63,858 nt of DNA, filler included, from 5 parts of 5 records of this genome joined end to end with filler, not necessarily neighbours in it; one strand, 5' to 3'. Shown: positions 1 through 11,771, numbered from the whole stretch's first letter. Notes: a model not told the origin generated them from the sequence alone. Numbers and translations are program-made.

Positions 1-360
1 GATGATGCCACAGCGCGCGTAGGTGGACTTGCCCAGACAGATGGTCAGCACGTTCCGGGGTATGCGGAAGTACTCCACGGTTCGGGCCAGGGCAAAGGAG
101 TTGGGAGGGATGACACAGACGTCACCGACCACGTCGACAAAGCTGTTTTCGTCGAATGCCTTGGGATCCACCGTGGCCGAGTTGATGTTGGTGAACACCT
201 TGAACTCACTGGAGCAGCGCACGTCGTAGCCGTAGCTGGAGGTGCCGTAGGAAATCAGCCGCTGGCCGCCACTCTCCCGGACCTGGCCCGCTTCAAACGG
301 CTCTATCATGCCGTGCTCTTCGGCCATGCGCCGGATCCACTTGTCAGATTTGATGCTCAC
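1..360 (-). CDS. dcd: dCTP deaminase (3' end truncated by window edge)
   Basis: Minus-strand GTG at 360 reads [22 protein letters not shown]...[14 protein letters not shown], the typical Dcd N-terminus. Not in the ORF track. The dcd-mrp-metG order is conserved in Gammaproteobacteria. Confidence 0.93.
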   Translation of the reverse strand, partial: MSIKSDKWIRRMAEEHGMIEPFEAGQVRESGGQRLISYGTSSYGYDVRCSSEFKVFTNINSATVDPKAFDENSFVDVVGDVCVIPPNSFALARTVEYFRIPRNVLTICLGKSTYARCGII

Positions 361-393
361 CTGGGTACCCCGTGAAACGCTGTTTGCTTGAAT

Positions 394-1209
394 TCAGTCA
401 TCGCTGACCGTGATTTGCGGAAACTCCCCGGCGGCACCCTGCCCCGGCTCGTCCAGAACGGCGAGAATCTTCCTCGCTGCATCGAGATAGCTTCCGGTAA
501 CGGCAGAATCGGGCTCAGCCACCACGGTCGGCCGGCCGGCATCGGTCTGCTCGCGGATCGACAACGCCAGCGGCAGGCTGGCCAGCAGCGGCACACCGTA
601 CTCACGGGCAATGCGCTCACCGCCGTCAGCCCCGAAAATGTGCTCGGCATGGCCACACTGGCTGCAGATATGCACCGCCATGTTCTCGATCACACCGAGG
701 ATGGGCACATCCACTTTACGGAACATCTCGATGCCCTTCTGCGCGTCGAGCAGGGCGATATCCTGCGGGGTCGTTACGATGACCGCGCCCGCCAGGGTCG
801 CTTTCTGGGACAGGGTAAGCTGGATATCACCGGTGCCAGGCGGCATATCAATAATCAGGACATCCAGGTCGCCCCACAGGGTCTGCTCCAGCATCTGCAC
901 CAGCGCCGAGCCCGCCATGGGGCCGCGCCAGACCATAGGCGTGCGTTCCCCTGCAAGATAGCCCATGGACATGGTCTTCAAGCCGTGCGCCATCACCGGC
1001 AGCAGGAATTCCCCACCCTGCTGCTCGGGCCGTGTGCCCTCGGCAATACCGAGCATGCACTGCTGGCTGGGCCCGTAAATGTCCGCATCCAGCAAACCAA
1101 CGGTGGCACCTTCGCGGAGCAATGCCAGGGCGAGGTTAACGGCAGTGGTGGATTTACCAACCCCACCCTTGCCCGAAGCCACGGCGATAATGTGCTTGAT
1201 CCTGTTCAT
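394..1209 (-). CDS. apbC: Mrp/ApbC (NBP35 family) Fe-S cluster carrier ATPase, short form
   Basis: ASGKGGVGKST P-loop, DADIYGPS, WRGPM, DMPPGT and CSQC motifs. Start placed at MNRIKH (1209). Confidence 0.93.
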   Translation of the reverse strand: MNRIKHIIAVASGKGGVGKSTTAVNLALALLREGATVGLLDADIYGPSQQCMLGIAEGTRPEQQGGEFLLPVMAHGLKTMSMGYLAGERTPMVWRGPMAGSALVQMLEQTLWGDLDVLIIDMPPGTGDIQLTLSQKATLAGAVIVTTPQDIALLDAQKGIEMFRKVDVPILGVIENMAVHICSQCGHAEHIFGADGGERIAREYGVPLLASLPLALSIREQTDAGRPTVVAEPDSAVTGSYLDAARKILAVLDEPGQGAAGEFPQITVSDD

Positions 1210-1383
1210 TGTGCTCCCGGCTGAGGGTCGTGCTGTGACGGGGGACACGGCCCCGCCGAAGGGCGCCCAGTATAGGTAGTTGCCCGCAGCAGGACAATGG
1301 CCGGCGGCGCGTACGCGCGTGAAATGGGCCTGCAAACAGGCTATAGTAGCGCCCCTTTTTCCCGGCCGCTCAAACCGTCACCC

Positions 1384-3414
1384 ATGACCCGAGACACTCG
1401 CACAATACTCGTCACAAGCGCACTGCCGTACGCCAATGGCTCCCTGCACCTGGGCCATGCGCTGGAACAGATCCAGACTGACATCTGGGTGCGCTTCCAG
1501 CGCTCCCGGGGCCATGACTGCCTCTACGTCTGCGCAGACGATGCCCACGGCACGGCCATCATGCTGACCGCGGAAAAACTCGGTATCACGCCCGAGGCAC
1601 AGATCAGCGCGATGCAGGCAGAGCATGAGCGGGACTCGGCCGGCCTGTTGATCAGCTTTGACAATTACCACTCGACCCATACCGACGAAAACCGGCGCTG
1701 GAGCGAAGAGATCTACCTGCGGCTGAAGCAAAACGGGCATATTGCAGCTCGCGAGATCACCCAGGCGTTTGACCCCGAGAAGCAGCTGTTTCTCGCTGAC
1801 CGTTTCATCAAGGGCACCTGCCCCAAATGCAAGACCCCGGACCAGTACGGCGACAACTGCGAGGCCTGCGGCGCGACCTATACACCCAACGACCTGATCG
1901 ACCCGGTATCCGCCATCTCGGGGGCAACGCCGGTGGAGAAAGCCTCCACCCATTTCTTTTTCCGCCTGCCGGAATTCGCCGACATGCTGCGCCAGTGGAT
2001 CGACTCCGGTTCCCTCCAGCCCCAGGTTGCCAACAAGCTGAAGGAATGGACGGAGGCGGGCCTGCAGGAGTGGGACATCAGCCGGGACGCCCCCTACTTC
2101 GGCTTCGAGATCCCCGGCGAGCCCGGCAAATACTTTTATGTCTGGCTCGACGCGCCGATCGGTTATATCGCCAGCTTCGAAAATTACTGTGCGCGCACCG
2201 GCACGAGCTTCGACAACTACTGGCTGCCCGGCGGCGACACGGAGCTATACCACTTTATCGGCAAGGACATTATCAACTTCCACGGCCTGTTCTGGCCGGC
2301 CATGTTGCACTCCGCCGGCCTGCGCACTCCGAGCGCGGTGTTTGCCCACGGCTTCCTGACGGTAAATGGCACCAAGATGTCGAAGAGCCGCGGCACCTTC
2401 ATCAACGTTGGCACCTACCTCCAGCACCTTGATGCCGAGTACCTGCGCTATTACTTCGCCGCCAAGCTGGGCGCCTCGGTCGACGACATCGACATGAGCC
2501 TGGACGATTTCGTCCAGCGGGTGAACGCGGATGTGGTGGGCAAGGTGGTCAATATCGCCAGCCGCTGCGCCGGCTTCCTGTACAAGGGGCACGACAATAC
2601 GCTGTCGGCCAGCTGCGCCGAGCCCACCATGGTGGCCGAGTTTATCGCCGCCGGCGACGATATCGCCCGGCTCTACGAGCAGCGGGAGTTCAACAAGGCG
2701 ATTCGCGAAATCATGGCCCTGGCGGATCGAGCCAACCAGTACATCGACGAATGCAAACCCTGGGTACTGGCCAAGGAGGCGGGTCGGGAAGCAGACGTGC
2801 ACGCAGTATGCAGCGTTGGCATCAACCTGTTCCGGGTACTGCTCACCTACCTCAAGCCGGTGCTGCCGGCCATGGCCGGCAAGTCCGAACAGTTCCTCAA
2901 TACCTCGCTGGACTGGACCGCCCTGGACGGGCCTCTGCTGAATCACAGGCTGAACAAATTCAAACCCCTGATGACCCGGATCGATCCCAAGCAGGTAGAA
3001 GCCATGGTGGATGCCAGCAGGGAGCAGGCGGCCCCGGCGCCGCAAGCAGCGAGCAAGCCCGCAGCCTCGGCCGCGGAGCCGATCGCCGGCGAGATTGCCT
3101 TCGAGGATTTCGCCAGGGTCGATCTCCGGGTGGCGGAGATTCTTGCCGCGGAGCACGTCGAGGGGGCGGACAAACTGCTGCGTCTCACCGTGGGTCTGGG
3201 AGACAGCGAGCGCCAGATCCTGGCGGGAATCAAGTCGGCCTATCAGCCTGACGACCTGGTTGGACGACTGACTGTCGTCGTCGCCAACCTGGCGCCGCGC
3301 AAAATGCGTTTCGGGACGTCCGAGGGTATGGTGCTGGCGGCAGGACCCGGTGGAGAGGATATCTTCCTGCTGTCCCCGGACGCGGGGGCCAAACCGGGCA
3401 TGCAGGTCAAGTAG
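1384..3414 (+). CDS. metG: Methionine--tRNA ligase with C-terminal tRNA-binding (OB) domain
   Basis: [15 protein letters not shown] (HIGH), KMSKS, CPKC/CEAC knuckle, C-terminal DLRVA...[15 protein letters not shown]. Confidence 0.97.
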   Translation: MTRDTRTILVTSALPYANGSLHLGHALEQIQTDIWVRFQRSRGHDCLYVCADDAHGTAIMLTAEKLGITPEAQISAMQAEHERDSAGLLISFDNYHSTHTDENRRWSEEIYLRLKQNGHIAAREITQAFDPEKQLFLADRFIKGTCPKCKTPDQYGDNCEACGATYTPNDLIDPVSAISGATPVEKASTHFFFRLPEFADMLRQWIDSGSLQPQVANKLKEWTEAGLQEWDISRDAPYFGFEIPGEPGKYFYVWLDAPIGYIASFENYCARTGTSFDNYWLPGGDTELYHFIGKDIINFHGLFWPAMLHSAGLRTPSAVFAHGFLTVNGTKMSKSRGTFINVGTYLQHLDAEYLRYYFAAKLGASVDDIDMSLDDFVQRVNADVVGKVVNIASRCAGFLYKGHDNTLSASCAEPTMVAEFIAAGDDIARLYEQREFNKAIREIMALADRANQYIDECKPWVLAKEAGREADVHAVCSVGINLFRVLLTYLKPVLPAMAGKSEQFLNTSLDWTALDGPLLNHRLNKFKPLMTRIDPKQVEAMVDASREQAAPAPQAASKPAASAAEPIAGEIAFEDFARVDLRVAEILAAEHVEGADKLLRLTVGLGDSERQILAGIKSAYQPDDLVGRLTVVVANLAPRKMRFGTSEGMVLAAGPGGEDIFLLSPDAGAKPGMQVK

Positions 3415-3627
3415 GGAGGGGCCAGATGGTCCCTCAGCGTTATAAGCTTAGGCCGATCAAGTCATTGTTTCATAAGGATACTTTCCTTAACATCGCCGCT
3501 ATTACGCAGTCGGGCGGGAAATGCCTGCCTGCGGTCCAGTGGGGCGCACCGAAGCGGTGCCGCTGACGCGTTAAAATAGCACCCGGTGGCACGGGCCACC
3601 CGTTACAGCACTGCGAATGGGACCACC

Positions 3628-4206
3628 ATGCTGGCTGATTATTCCATCCTGTTGATCGGGGCTATCCTGGTCAACAACTTCGTACTGGTACAGTTCCTGG
3701 GACTGTGCCCGTTCATGGGTGTGTCCAATAAACTGGAAACGGCGATGGGCATGTCGATGGCGACGACCTTTGTACTCACCCTGGCGTCCGCCTGCAGCCA
3801 CCTCACCTACAACTTCCTGCTGCAGCCCCTCGGCCTGGGCTACCTGAAAACCATCTCGTTTATCCTGGTGATCGCGGTCGTGGTCCAGTTCACCGAGATG
3901 GTGGTGCGCAAGAGCAGCCCATTGCTGCACCGGGTGCTTGGCGTCTACCTGCCGCTGATCACCACCAACTGCGCGGTGCTTGGCGTTGCGCTGCTCAATC
4001 TCAACAAGGATCACAACTTCCTGCAGTCGCTGTTTTACGGCTTCGGTGCGGCGCTGGGCTTCTCCCTGGTACTGATCCTGTTCGCCGCCATGCGGGAACG
4101 CCTCGCGGTTGCAGATGTTCCGATGCCCTTCAAGGGCGCGGCCATTGGCATGATCACCGCCGGGCTGATGTCGCTGGCGTTCATGGGTTTTGCAGGGCTG
4201 GTGTAA
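3628..4206 (+). CDS. rsxA: Rnf/Rsx electron transport complex subunit A
   Basis: [18 protein letters not shown] and [12 protein letters not shown] motifs. First gene of the rsx operon. Confidence 0.95.
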   Translation: MLADYSILLIGAILVNNFVLVQFLGLCPFMGVSNKLETAMGMSMATTFVLTLASACSHLTYNFLLQPLGLGYLKTISFILVIAVVVQFTEMVVRKSSPLLHRVLGVYLPLITTNCAVLGVALLNLNKDHNFLQSLFYGFGAALGFSLVLILFAAMRERLAVADVPMPFKGAAIGMITAGLMSLAFMGFAGLV

Positions 4207-4208
4207 TC

Positions 4209-4823
4209 GTGATCGAACTGCTTGCCCAATACCCACTCGCCGCCGCCCTGCTGGCCCTGGTCACCCTGGGCCTGGCATTCGGCGCCCTGCTCGGCTTTGC
4301 CGCGGTGCGTTTCCGCACCGAAGGCAATCCCATTGCCGATCAGATCAATGAGATCCTGCCGCAGACCCAGTGCGGCCAGTGCGGCTACCCGGGCTGCAGG
4401 CCCTATGCCGAGGCAATCGCCAGCGGCGATGCCGGCATCAACAAGTGCCCCCCGGGCGGTGAGGCCGGTATCCAGGCGCTCGCCGACCTGCTCGACGTGG
4501 AGCCGATTCCACTGGACGAGGAGCACGGCGAGGAGAAAGTCCCCGCGATCGCCCACATCCGTGAGGACGAATGCATCGGCTGCACCAAGTGCATCCAGGC
4601 CTGCCCGGTGGATGCGATCCTCGGCGCGGCCAAGCAGATGCACACGGTCATCGCCAGCGAATGCACCGGCTGCGACCTGTGTGTCGAGCCCTGCCCGGTG
4701 GACTGCATCGATATGATCCCGCAGCAGGAAACCCTGCAGACCTGGCACTGGCAGCTGCCCGACCCCGCCAGCCGGAAGGTGAATCTCATCGCCACGGATG
4801 CCGACCAGGAGCAGGCGGCATGA
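4209..4823 (+). CDS. rsxB: Rnf/Rsx subunit B (ferredoxin-type)
   Basis: [14 protein letters not shown] and two CxxCxxCxxxCP motifs. Confidence 0.95.
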   Translation: MIELLAQYPLAAALLALVTLGLAFGALLGFAAVRFRTEGNPIADQINEILPQTQCGQCGYPGCRPYAEAIASGDAGINKCPPGGEAGIQALADLLDVEPIPLDEEHGEEKVPAIAHIREDECIGCTKCIQACPVDAILGAAKQMHTVIASECTGCDLCVEPCPVDCIDMIPQQETLQTWHWQLPDPASRKVNLIATDADQEQAA

Positions 4824-6841
4824 GGAAAATATTCGACTTCCACGGGGGTATTCACCCCCCTGAGAACAAGCACCAGTCGCTGGCGCGCAGCATCGAGTTC
4901 GCCGGCATTCCTGACGAACTTGTGATTCCCCTGTCCCAGCACATCGGTGGACCTGCGGCGCCTCTGGTCACCCCCGGCGAACGGGTGCTGGGCGGACAGG
5001 AGATTGCCGAGGCAACGGGCCTGGTCAGCGTACCCCAGCATGCGCCCACTTCCGGTACGGTTGTAGCGGTGGAAGACCGGGCCATTCCTCACCCCTCCGG
5101 CTATACCGCGCTTTGCATCGTGATCCAACCGGATGGCCGGGATGAGTGGGTCGAGCTGGCGCCAGTCGAGCGCTACCAGGACCTCCCGACAGTCGAGTTG
5201 GTCCAGAAAATCCGCCAGGCAGGTATCGCCGGCATGGGTGGCGCGGGATTCCCGACCGCGGTCAAGCTAACGCCACGGGGTGAAATCACTACCCTCATCA
5301 TCAACGGCACCGAGTGCGAGCCCTACATCACCGCCGATGACATCCTGATGCGCGAGCGGGCGGAGCAGATTGTCTCCGGCACCCTCATCCTGCGCCACAT
5401 CATCCAGCCGCAGGAAACCATCATCGGGGTCGAGGACAACAAACCGGAGGGCTTCGCCGCTCTCACCAGGGCCGCCGAGGGCACCGGTATCGAGGTTGTC
5501 CCGTTTCCGACCAAGTACCCTTCCGGCGGGGAAAAACAGCTGATCGAAATTCTCACCGGCAAGCAGGTCCCCTCCGGTGGACTGCCCGCCGATATCGGGA
5601 TTGTCTGCCAGAACGTCGGCACCGCGGTGGCCGTGCATGATGCTATCGTCCGCGGCCGGCCCCTGGTTTCCCGCATCACCACGGTGACCGGCGAGGCCGT
5701 GGCGCAGCCCGGTAATTTTGAAACCCTGCTGGGCACACCAATGCGCTTCCTGCTGGATCGGGCGGGCTACGATGCGAGCAGGAATCGCCGCCTGATCATG
5801 GGCGGGCCAATGATGGGCTTCACGGTGCCCGACATCAGCGTTCCGGTGGTGAAAACCACCAACTGCCTGCTGGCACCGACCGAGCAGGAACTGCCCACCC
5901 CCCCGCCGGCCCAGGCCTGTATCCGCTGCGGCATGTGTGCCGAGGCTTGCCCGGCAAGCCTGCTGCCCCAGCAACTGTTCTGGTTTGCCCAGGGCAAGGA
6001 GCTCGACAAGCTCGAGAGCCACAACCTGTTCGACTGCATCGAGTGTGGCGCCTGTTCCTGGGCTTGCCCCAGCAATATTCCGCTGGTCCAGTACTACCGG
6101 GCCGGCAAGGCAGAAATCCTCCAGGTGCGGCGGGACCAGGCCAAGTCCGAGCATTCCAGGGAGCGCTTTGAAGCGCGCCAGCAGCGACTGGAGCGGGAAG
6201 AACAGGAGAAGGAAGCCAAACGGGCAGCGCGTAAGAAGGCGGCGGAGGCGCGCGCCGCGGCCGCGGCATCCGGCGGCGGTGAGCAGGACCCGATCCAGGC
6301 CGCCATTGAGCGCGCCCAGGCCAAAAAAGCCGCCCAGCAGGCGGCACCCGCAGACAGCGGCTCCGAGCAGGAGAAACTGGAACAGGCAGTGGCAACCACC
6401 CGCAAGCGTCTGGCAACCGCAGAGGACAAGCTCGCCGCTGCGGAAGCGGAAAACTCAGAACACATCGAAGCCCTGCGCACCGGGGTCAGCAAAACCCGCG
6501 ACAAGCTGGCCGCTGCCGAGCAAGCCCTGGCGGACTTCCTGGCCGCAAGTCCGGAGCCAGCTGCTGAGCCCGAAGCGGCAGCCGCAGACCCGGCGCAACT
6601 GGCGATTGAGCGTGCCATGCAGGCGCGTTCCGCGGCGGCCGCGCAGACCCCGGAGGAACGGGCCCGCGATCAGCTGGAAAAGCTGCGGCAGCGCCTGGTG
6701 AAGTCCGAAGCGCGACTCGCAGAGGGCCGAGCAGCGGGGGAAGAGGAGAAAATCCTCATCGCCCTGGAAGCCACCGTAGAGCGCCTGCGCGAGAAACTGG
6801 CGGAAGCAGAATCGCCGACTGCCGAGCGGGAGGACGCCTGA
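4820..6841 (+). CDS. rsxC: Rnf/Rsx subunit C with Ala/Glu-rich coiled-coil C-terminal extension
   Basis: [36 protein letters not shown] and CIECGAC motifs. ATG at 4820 overlaps the rsxB stop. Confidence 0.95.
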   Translation: MRKIFDFHGGIHPPENKHQSLARSIEFAGIPDELVIPLSQHIGGPAAPLVTPGERVLGGQEIAEATGLVSVPQHAPTSGTVVAVEDRAIPHPSGYTALCIVIQPDGRDEWVELAPVERYQDLPTVELVQKIRQAGIAGMGGAGFPTAVKLTPRGEITTLIINGTECEPYITADDILMRERAEQIVSGTLILRHIIQPQETIIGVEDNKPEGFAALTRAAEGTGIEVVPFPTKYPSGGEKQLIEILTGKQVPSGGLPADIGIVCQNVGTAVAVHDAIVRGRPLVSRITTVTGEAVAQPGNFETLLGTPMRFLLDRAGYDASRNRRLIMGGPMMGFTVPDISVPVVKTTNCLLAPTEQELPTPPPAQACIRCGMCAEACPASLLPQQLFWFAQGKELDKLESHNLFDCIECGACSWACPSNIPLVQYYRAGKAEILQVRRDQAKSEHSRERFEARQQRLEREEQEKEAKRAARKKAAEARAAAAASGGGEQDPIQAAIERAQAKKAAQQAAPADSGSEQEKLEQAVATTRKRLATAEDKLAAAEAENSEHIEALRTGVSKTRDKLAAAEQALADFLAASPEPAAEPEAAAADPAQLAIERAMQARSAAAAQTPEERARDQLEKLRQRLVKSEARLAEGRAAGEEEKILIALEATVERLREKLAEAESPTAEREDA

Positions 6842-6842
6842 C

Positions 6843-7871
6843 ATGAGCCTGCTCCGGATTACCTCGCCCCACGCCCACGGCCCGATGAGCACCGCCAGGG
6901 TTATGCAGCAGGTACTGCTGGCCACAGTGCCAGGTATCGTTGTAATGACCTGGTTCTTTGGCTTCGGCACCCTGGTGAATATCGTCTGGGGCGGCCTGCT
7001 GGCGGTGGCATTCGAGGCCCTGGCCCTGACCCTGCGTGGCCGCCCCCCGGGTTTCTACCTGAAAGACTGCAGCGCACTGGTCACCTCCACCCTGCTGTGT
7101 ATCGCGCTGCCGCCCTACGCTCCCTGGTGGCTTATCGCCGTCGGTGTCGCCTCGTCGATCCTGCTCGCCAAGCACCTTTACGGCGGACTGGGTTACAACC
7201 CGTTCAATCCGGCGATGGTCGGTTACGTGGTGCTGCTGATTTCCTTCCCGCTGCAGATGACGGCTTGGGCACCACCGCGCGGTCTGGGCGAGCTCCCTGG
7301 CCTGATGGAGGCGCTGCAGGCCTGCTTCCTGCCCGCCAGCTATGACGCGGTCACCATGGCCACGCCGCTGGACCTGCTCAAGCAGAACAGCAGCCTGCTG
7401 ATCGAAGACCTCTGGGTACAGGAAGCGCAGTTCGGCCGCTGGGCCGGCATTGGCTGGGAATGGGTCAACATCGCGTTCCTTGTCGGCGGCGCCTGGCTGC
7501 TGTACCGACGCATTTTTACCTGGCACGCCCCGGTCGCCATGCTCGTCTCGATGAGCCTGCTGGCAGCCATCTTCTACGACGGCGGAAGTTCCGCCAGCGG
7601 TGGTTCGCCTCTGTTCCACCTGCTGAGCGGGGCAACCATGTTCGGCGCCTTCTTCATCGTTACCGACCCGGTCAGTTCGGCGGTCTCGAATCGCGGCCGC
7701 CTGGTTTACGGCGCCCTCATTGGCGCGCTGATCTACATCATCCGGGTCCGCGGCAATTACCCTGACGCGGTGGCGTTTGCCGTGCTCATCATGAACTTTG
7801 CCGCGCCCTTCATTGATCACTACACGCAGCCGAAAACCTACGGCCACAAGCGAGCGAGGGAAGAGCCGTGA
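6843..7871 (+). CDS. rsxD: Rnf/Rsx subunit D
   Basis: GGLGYNPFNPAM, TMATPLD (FMN-Thr) and FFIVTDPVS motifs. Confidence 0.95.
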   Translation: MSLLRITSPHAHGPMSTARVMQQVLLATVPGIVVMTWFFGFGTLVNIVWGGLLAVAFEALALTLRGRPPGFYLKDCSALVTSTLLCIALPPYAPWWLIAVGVASSILLAKHLYGGLGYNPFNPAMVGYVVLLISFPLQMTAWAPPRGLGELPGLMEALQACFLPASYDAVTMATPLDLLKQNSSLLIEDLWVQEAQFGRWAGIGWEWVNIAFLVGGAWLLYRRIFTWHAPVAMLVSMSLLAAIFYDGGSSASGGSPLFHLLSGATMFGAFFIVTDPVSSAVSNRGRLVYGALIGALIYIIRVRGNYPDAVAFAVLIMNFAAPFIDHYTQPKTYGHKRAREEP

Positions 7872-8515
7872 GAATGCTGGGCCAGTCGATCACCCGCAAT
7901 GGCCTGCTGCTCGGCCTGTTCGCGGTCTTTACGACGCTGCTGATTGCCGGCACTTTCCTGCAGACCCGCGACCGTATTGCCGAGGAACAGCGGCGCGCAG
8001 AGGAGAAAGCCCTGCTGCAGATCGTGCCGCGGGAGCGTCACGACAACTCCATGCTGGACGATACGGTCGCAATTCCCGCCGATGCGCCCGGGCTTGGGCT
8101 GCGGGAAGACAAACGGGCCTATCTCGCCCGCCGCGACGGCAAGGTGGTCGCGGCAATCCTCCCGGTGTCCGCACCCGACGGCTACAGCGGCGCCATCGAC
8201 CTGATCGTCGGGATCAACGCCGATGGCAGTGTGGCCGGCGTACGGGTGCTGGCGCACAAGGAAACACCGGGACTGGGCGACCAGGTCGACCTGAAAAAGT
8301 CCGACTGGATCCTGAGCTTCAACGGCCGCTCGCTGGAGAACCCCCTGCCGGCCCAGTGGGCCGTCAAGAAGGACAAGGGGGTGTTTGACGCCTTCACCGG
8401 CGCGACCATTACCCCCCGCTCCGTAGTCGCGGCAACCCGCAGGGCGCTGGAATACGCCCAGGCCCACCAGACTGAACTGTTCGCGCCGGCTGTCGCCGAC
8501 GGGGGAGACGCCTGA
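7868..8515 (+). CDS. rsxG: Rnf/Rsx subunit G
   Basis: [14 protein letters not shown] and TGATIT (FMN attachment) motifs. Confidence 0.95.
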   Translation: MRMLGQSITRNGLLLGLFAVFTTLLIAGTFLQTRDRIAEEQRRAEEKALLQIVPRERHDNSMLDDTVAIPADAPGLGLREDKRAYLARRDGKVVAAILPVSAPDGYSGAIDLIVGINADGSVAGVRVLAHKETPGLGDQVDLKKSDWILSFNGRSLENPLPAQWAVKKDKGVFDAFTGATITPRSVVAATRRALEYAQAHQTELFAPAVADGGDA

Positions 8516-9228
8516 TGTCAGACACCAGTTACCGCGAGCTGTCGCTCAACGGCCTGTGGAAAAACAACCCCGCTATCGTGCAGCTGCTCGGCCTGTGCCC
8601 GCTGCTGGCGGTTACCGGCAGCGTGGTTAATGCCCTGGGCCTGGCTGCCGCCACCACCATGGTCCTGATCTGCTCCAATACCTCTGTGTCGCTGATCCGT
8701 AACATCGTGTCCGATGCGGTGAGACTCCCGGCCTTCGTGATGATCATTGCCTCGGCAGTAACCTGCATCGAGCTGTTGATGCAGGCCTTTGCCTACGAGT
8801 TGTACCAGATTCTCGGCATCTTCCTGCCGCTGATCACCACCAACTGCGTTATCCTCGGCCGCGCCGACGGCTTCGCCAGCAGAAATCCGCTGGCTCCGGC
8901 GGTTTATGACGGTTTCATCATGGGGCTTGGTTTCGGTGTCGTCCTGGTATTGCTGGGCGCCCTGCGGGAATTGGTGGGCACCGGCGCCCTGTTTGCCAAC
9001 ATGGACCTGTTGTTCGGACCGGGAGCTGCAGCCTGGAAGATCGTGCTGGTCGAGGACTACCAGGCGTTCCTGCTGGCGGTACTGCCACCGGGAGCATTCA
9101 TTTTCACCGGCCTGATTATCGCCCTGAAAAACCTGGTGGACACGCAGATCAAGCGGCGCCAGGACGCGCGCAAAACCAGACCGGTCAAGGGCGCCAAGCG
9201 GGTACGGGTAACCGGAACAATCTCCTGA
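8515..9228 (+). CDS. rsxE: Rnf/Rsx subunit E
   Basis: [19 protein letters not shown] and LPPGAF motifs. Confidence 0.95.
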   Translation: MSDTSYRELSLNGLWKNNPAIVQLLGLCPLLAVTGSVVNALGLAAATTMVLICSNTSVSLIRNIVSDAVRLPAFVMIIASAVTCIELLMQAFAYELYQILGIFLPLITTNCVILGRADGFASRNPLAPAVYDGFIMGLGFGVVLVLLGALRELVGTGALFANMDLLFGPGAAAWKIVLVEDYQAFLLAVLPPGAFIFTGLIIALKNLVDTQIKRRQDARKTRPVKGAKRVRVTGTIS

Positions 9229-9236
9229 AGCGTGGC

Positions 9237-9638
9237 TCAGGCCGTCTCCGACAGCAGCAAGGTGTCCAGGATGTCATCAACAGCCGCATCGTCCATGCCG
9301 CGGTTATCCAGGTCACAACTGTAGGTCACGTACAGCAGCAAGCCTCCGGCGGCGAGATACCACTCGCGAATCGCCGCCTCATCATCAATGAAGGCGCCCG
9401 TCTGCCCGCTGAAGTCACCGCAGGTGACCGCCGTCCAGGACTCCGCCTCGGGGGATTCCGTCGCCGCAATCCGCCGCACCTCGTCGGGAGCGAATTCACC
9501 GCTGTCCTTATGCAGGGTGCTGATCTCGATACAGCCGACGTCGTCCCGGTCACCAACCAGAATGCTTTCGTCCTCACTCTCAGCCCACCACTCCGGCGGC
9601 ACCAACAGACTCCACCACTCGGTTTCCAGCACGTTCAC
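9237..9638 (-). CDS. Acidic hypothetical protein (DUF3805-like)
   Basis: 133-aa acidic ORF (WWSLLVPPEW...IEIS) packed directly behind rimI. The family assignment is from memory only. Confidence 0.6.
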   Translation of the reverse strand: MNVLETEWWSLLVPPEWWAESEDESILVGDRDDVGCIEISTLHKDSGEFAPDEVRRIAATESPEAESWTAVTCGDFSGQTGAFIDDEAAIREWYLAAGGLLLYVTYSCDLDNRGMDDAAVDDILDTLLLSETA

Positions 9639-9643
9639 GATCG

Positions 9644-10105
9644 CTATCTCTCCAGATCCAGGGACATCAATACCGCATCCTCGCGCCCGTCTGCCAACAG
9701 GTAGTAATCCGGGCGCCTGCCATCGACGGTAAAGCCGAGCTTCCTGTACAAGGCCCTTGCCCCGGCATTGGACTCACGAACTTCCAGCAAACAGCGTCTG
9801 GCCCCCGCGGCGCCGTACTGCGCCAACATCTGGCGCACCAGGGCCTGCGCCAGGCCATGACGCTGGAAGCGGCGGTCAACCGCCAGATTGAGCAGGGTAA
9901 CCTCGTCCACCACGCTGGAGCTGGCGATAAAACCTGCCAGGTCCGGGCGCACCACAGCGAGGGTGATAAAGCCGCGCTCGCCATCAAGTACGTTACGGAA
10001 GTCGCTTTCGCTCCAGTCACTCAGGTCAGTGAATTCGGCCAGCGCCGTCAGCGCTGGAATATCCGCCTCGCTGGCCGCACGCAGCTGGTACTCAGGGGTG
10101 GGCAT
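9644..10105 (-). CDS. rimI: Ribosomal protein S18-alanine N-acetyltransferase
   Basis: GNAT motifs LNLAV..FQRHGLA, LEVRESN..ARALY..LGF, RRPDYY...EDA. Confidence 0.92.
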   Translation of the reverse strand: MPTPEYQLRAASEADIPALTALAEFTDLSDWSESDFRNVLDGERGFITLAVVRPDLAGFIASSSVVDEVTLLNLAVDRRFQRHGLAQALVRQMLAQYGAAGARRCLLEVRESNAGARALYRKLGFTVDGRRPDYYLLADGREDAVLMSLDLER

Positions 10106-10772
10106 GGGGCTTCAGGTCGCGCCAAACCTGACGCTTGAGCCCGGGCTGCTCCAGCATGGCCCGGGTACTGAGCGTGGTCACCAGCTGCGGGGTTTTGACG
10201 GCACCGGCGGCAAGCCGACTGATGACGCCCTCACCCAGCAGGACGAGCCCGCTACAGGCCCCATCGTCCAGCTGGCGCTGGACGAAACTGCCGAGACTTG
10301 CTGCCGCAGCCTCGGGGCCCTGGTCTAGCTGGGCGTTGCGGTGTATCGGCCAATCAAACTGCGCCACCGCGCCCTCTGAGGCGGTGCCGGAAAGCGCGGC
10401 CGCCATGGCTTTCACCAGATGCACCTGCTCGGTTGCCAGGGGCATGGCGCCCAGATCTTCCAGCCACAGCCACCCCCCCGCCCGGATCGCGGCGATACTG
10501 AACCGGACGGACGGTGCCGCGGGCTCGGGAGGTTTTGCGGCAACTGGTGCAGCGCTCCTTCCGGTCGAGCCGACCGGAGCCTCCTGGCGCCTGGGTTCCG
10601 GCGGAGCCTGCCTAGCCACCACCGGTTCCACCGAGGGTCGCTCTGGCGCAACTGGCTGCAGCGCCAGCCGTGTGGTCGGTGCGGCACCTGGCGGATCAGC
10701 GCGCGAGACGTACTGGTCAATCCCCAGAGCATGGAGATAGGCACGGCGCCGCAATTCAGTGGAAGCTAGCAT
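10092..10772 (-). CDS. Probable divergent DNA polymerase III psi subunit (HolD-like, Pseudomonas PA4679 type)
   Basis: N-terminal RRRAYLHALGIDQYVSR, Pro/Ala linker, C-terminal K..VW..L. Lies immediately upstream of and overlapping rimI. Confidence 0.6.
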   Translation of the reverse strand: MLASTELRRRAYLHALGIDQYVSRADPPGAAPTTRLALQPVAPERPSVEPVVARQAPPEPRRQEAPVGSTGRSAAPVAAKPPEPAAPSVRFSIAAIRAGGWLWLEDLGAMPLATEQVHLVKAMAAALSGTASEGAVAQFDWPIHRNAQLDQGPEAAAASLGSFVQRQLDDGACSGLVLLGEGVISRLAAGAVKTPQLVTTLSTRAMLEQPGLKRQVWRDLKPHAHP

Positions 10773-10802
10773 GGGCCCAGTGTACCAACTTTGGCGGGGC
10801 GG

Positions 10803-11657
10803 CTATATCCAGCGCCAGCCGTGCCGGTTAAAAAAACGGATACCGCCGGTCAGGAACAAAGCGATATGACGCAGCCCCTTTTGCGCGGCGTAACCCCCGT
10901 GGTGCACGATCCGCATAGTCGGCAGGTAGTCGAGGCGCCCCTGCCGGGCAAGCCGCAGGGACAGGTCAAAGTCCTCGAAGTAGACAAAGAAGTCGTCATC
11001 GAACCCGTCTGCGGCCTGCAGAGCGGACCTGCGGGCGAGCATGAAGCAACCGCTGGCGAGTTCAGCCGGGAAGGGCTGACCCAGGGCACAGAGGTCCCGA
11101 TATTCATATTGGCCCAGGGCCTCCTTGAACCAGGCCCGCACAAACCCGGGGGCGAAGGCGCGCAGCAGCAGAACCCGCACCGACGGATAGCGCTTGCAGA
11201 GAAACTCCTGCCCACCGGTCGGTGACTCTGACCGGGGGCTGACCAGTACCAGCCCGGTGTCCGCCTGTAACGCGCGGATTCCGGCGACCAGTGCATCCGG
11301 GGCCAGTTCCACGTCGGGGTTCAGCACCAGGTGCAGGTCGCTGTTCGATGCCATGATGACGCGATTATGACCGACGCCAAATCCGCTGTTGCGCTCGCTG
11401 GTCACGACGCCGCTGTCCGGCAGGCCGAGCGGAGCCAGTAGCTCCGCATCGAGTTGCGCCAGTTGATGCGCATAGCCGGCGTCACAGGAATTATCGATGA
11501 GCGTGATACTGACCCGGTCCAACAGGCCGCCGGCACGTGCAGGCTCAATAGCCGTCAACAGGCTGGTCAGGGTATCCCGCAGCAGGCCGAGCGGGCTGTG
11601 ATACAGCACGACAGAAACACTCAGGGCACAGGCCCTGCTGGCCACAGGATCATTCAT
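10803..11657 (-). CDS. Glycosyltransferase family 2 (rhamnosyltransferase-like)
   Basis: SVSVVLY, IDNS, NSGFGVGHN, LNPD, SGCFML and FDDDFFVYFEDFDLS motifs. This is the C-terminal part of the track ORF 10803..12395. Start is 11657 or 11666. Confidence 0.88.
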   Translation of the reverse strand: MNDPVASRACALSVSVVLYHSPLGLLRDTLTSLLTAIEPARAGGLLDRVSITLIDNSCDAGYAHQLAQLDAELLAPLGLPDSGVVTSERNSGFGVGHNRVIMASNSDLHLVLNPDVELAPDALVAGIRALQADTGLVLVSPRSESPTGGQEFLCKRYPSVRVLLLRAFAPGFVRAWFKEALGQYEYRDLCALGQPFPAELASGCFMLARRSALQAADGFDDDFFVYFEDFDLSLRLARQGRLDYLPTMRIVHHGGYAAQKGLRHIALFLTGGIRFFNRHGWRWI

Positions 11658-11771
11658 GGCGCGCATGGTAGCAGGTGCCTGCCGGTGGCGACACAATCGG
11701 GAACCTGGCTCCAGTCCATCGGCCGTGACTGCTAAGATGGCGCTTTTGACACCCTCCACACGAGAGCCCCA

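Noticed and set aside
6100-6841. Repetitive Ala/Glu-rich RsxC tail
   Set aside because: Low-complexity coiled-coil C-terminal extensions are common in gammaproteobacterial RsxC.
388-9732. Many long overlapping alternative-frame ORFs in GC-rich contigs 1 and 3
   Set aside because: Shadow ORFs expected at high GC. They overlap well-supported genes and carry no recognisable motifs.
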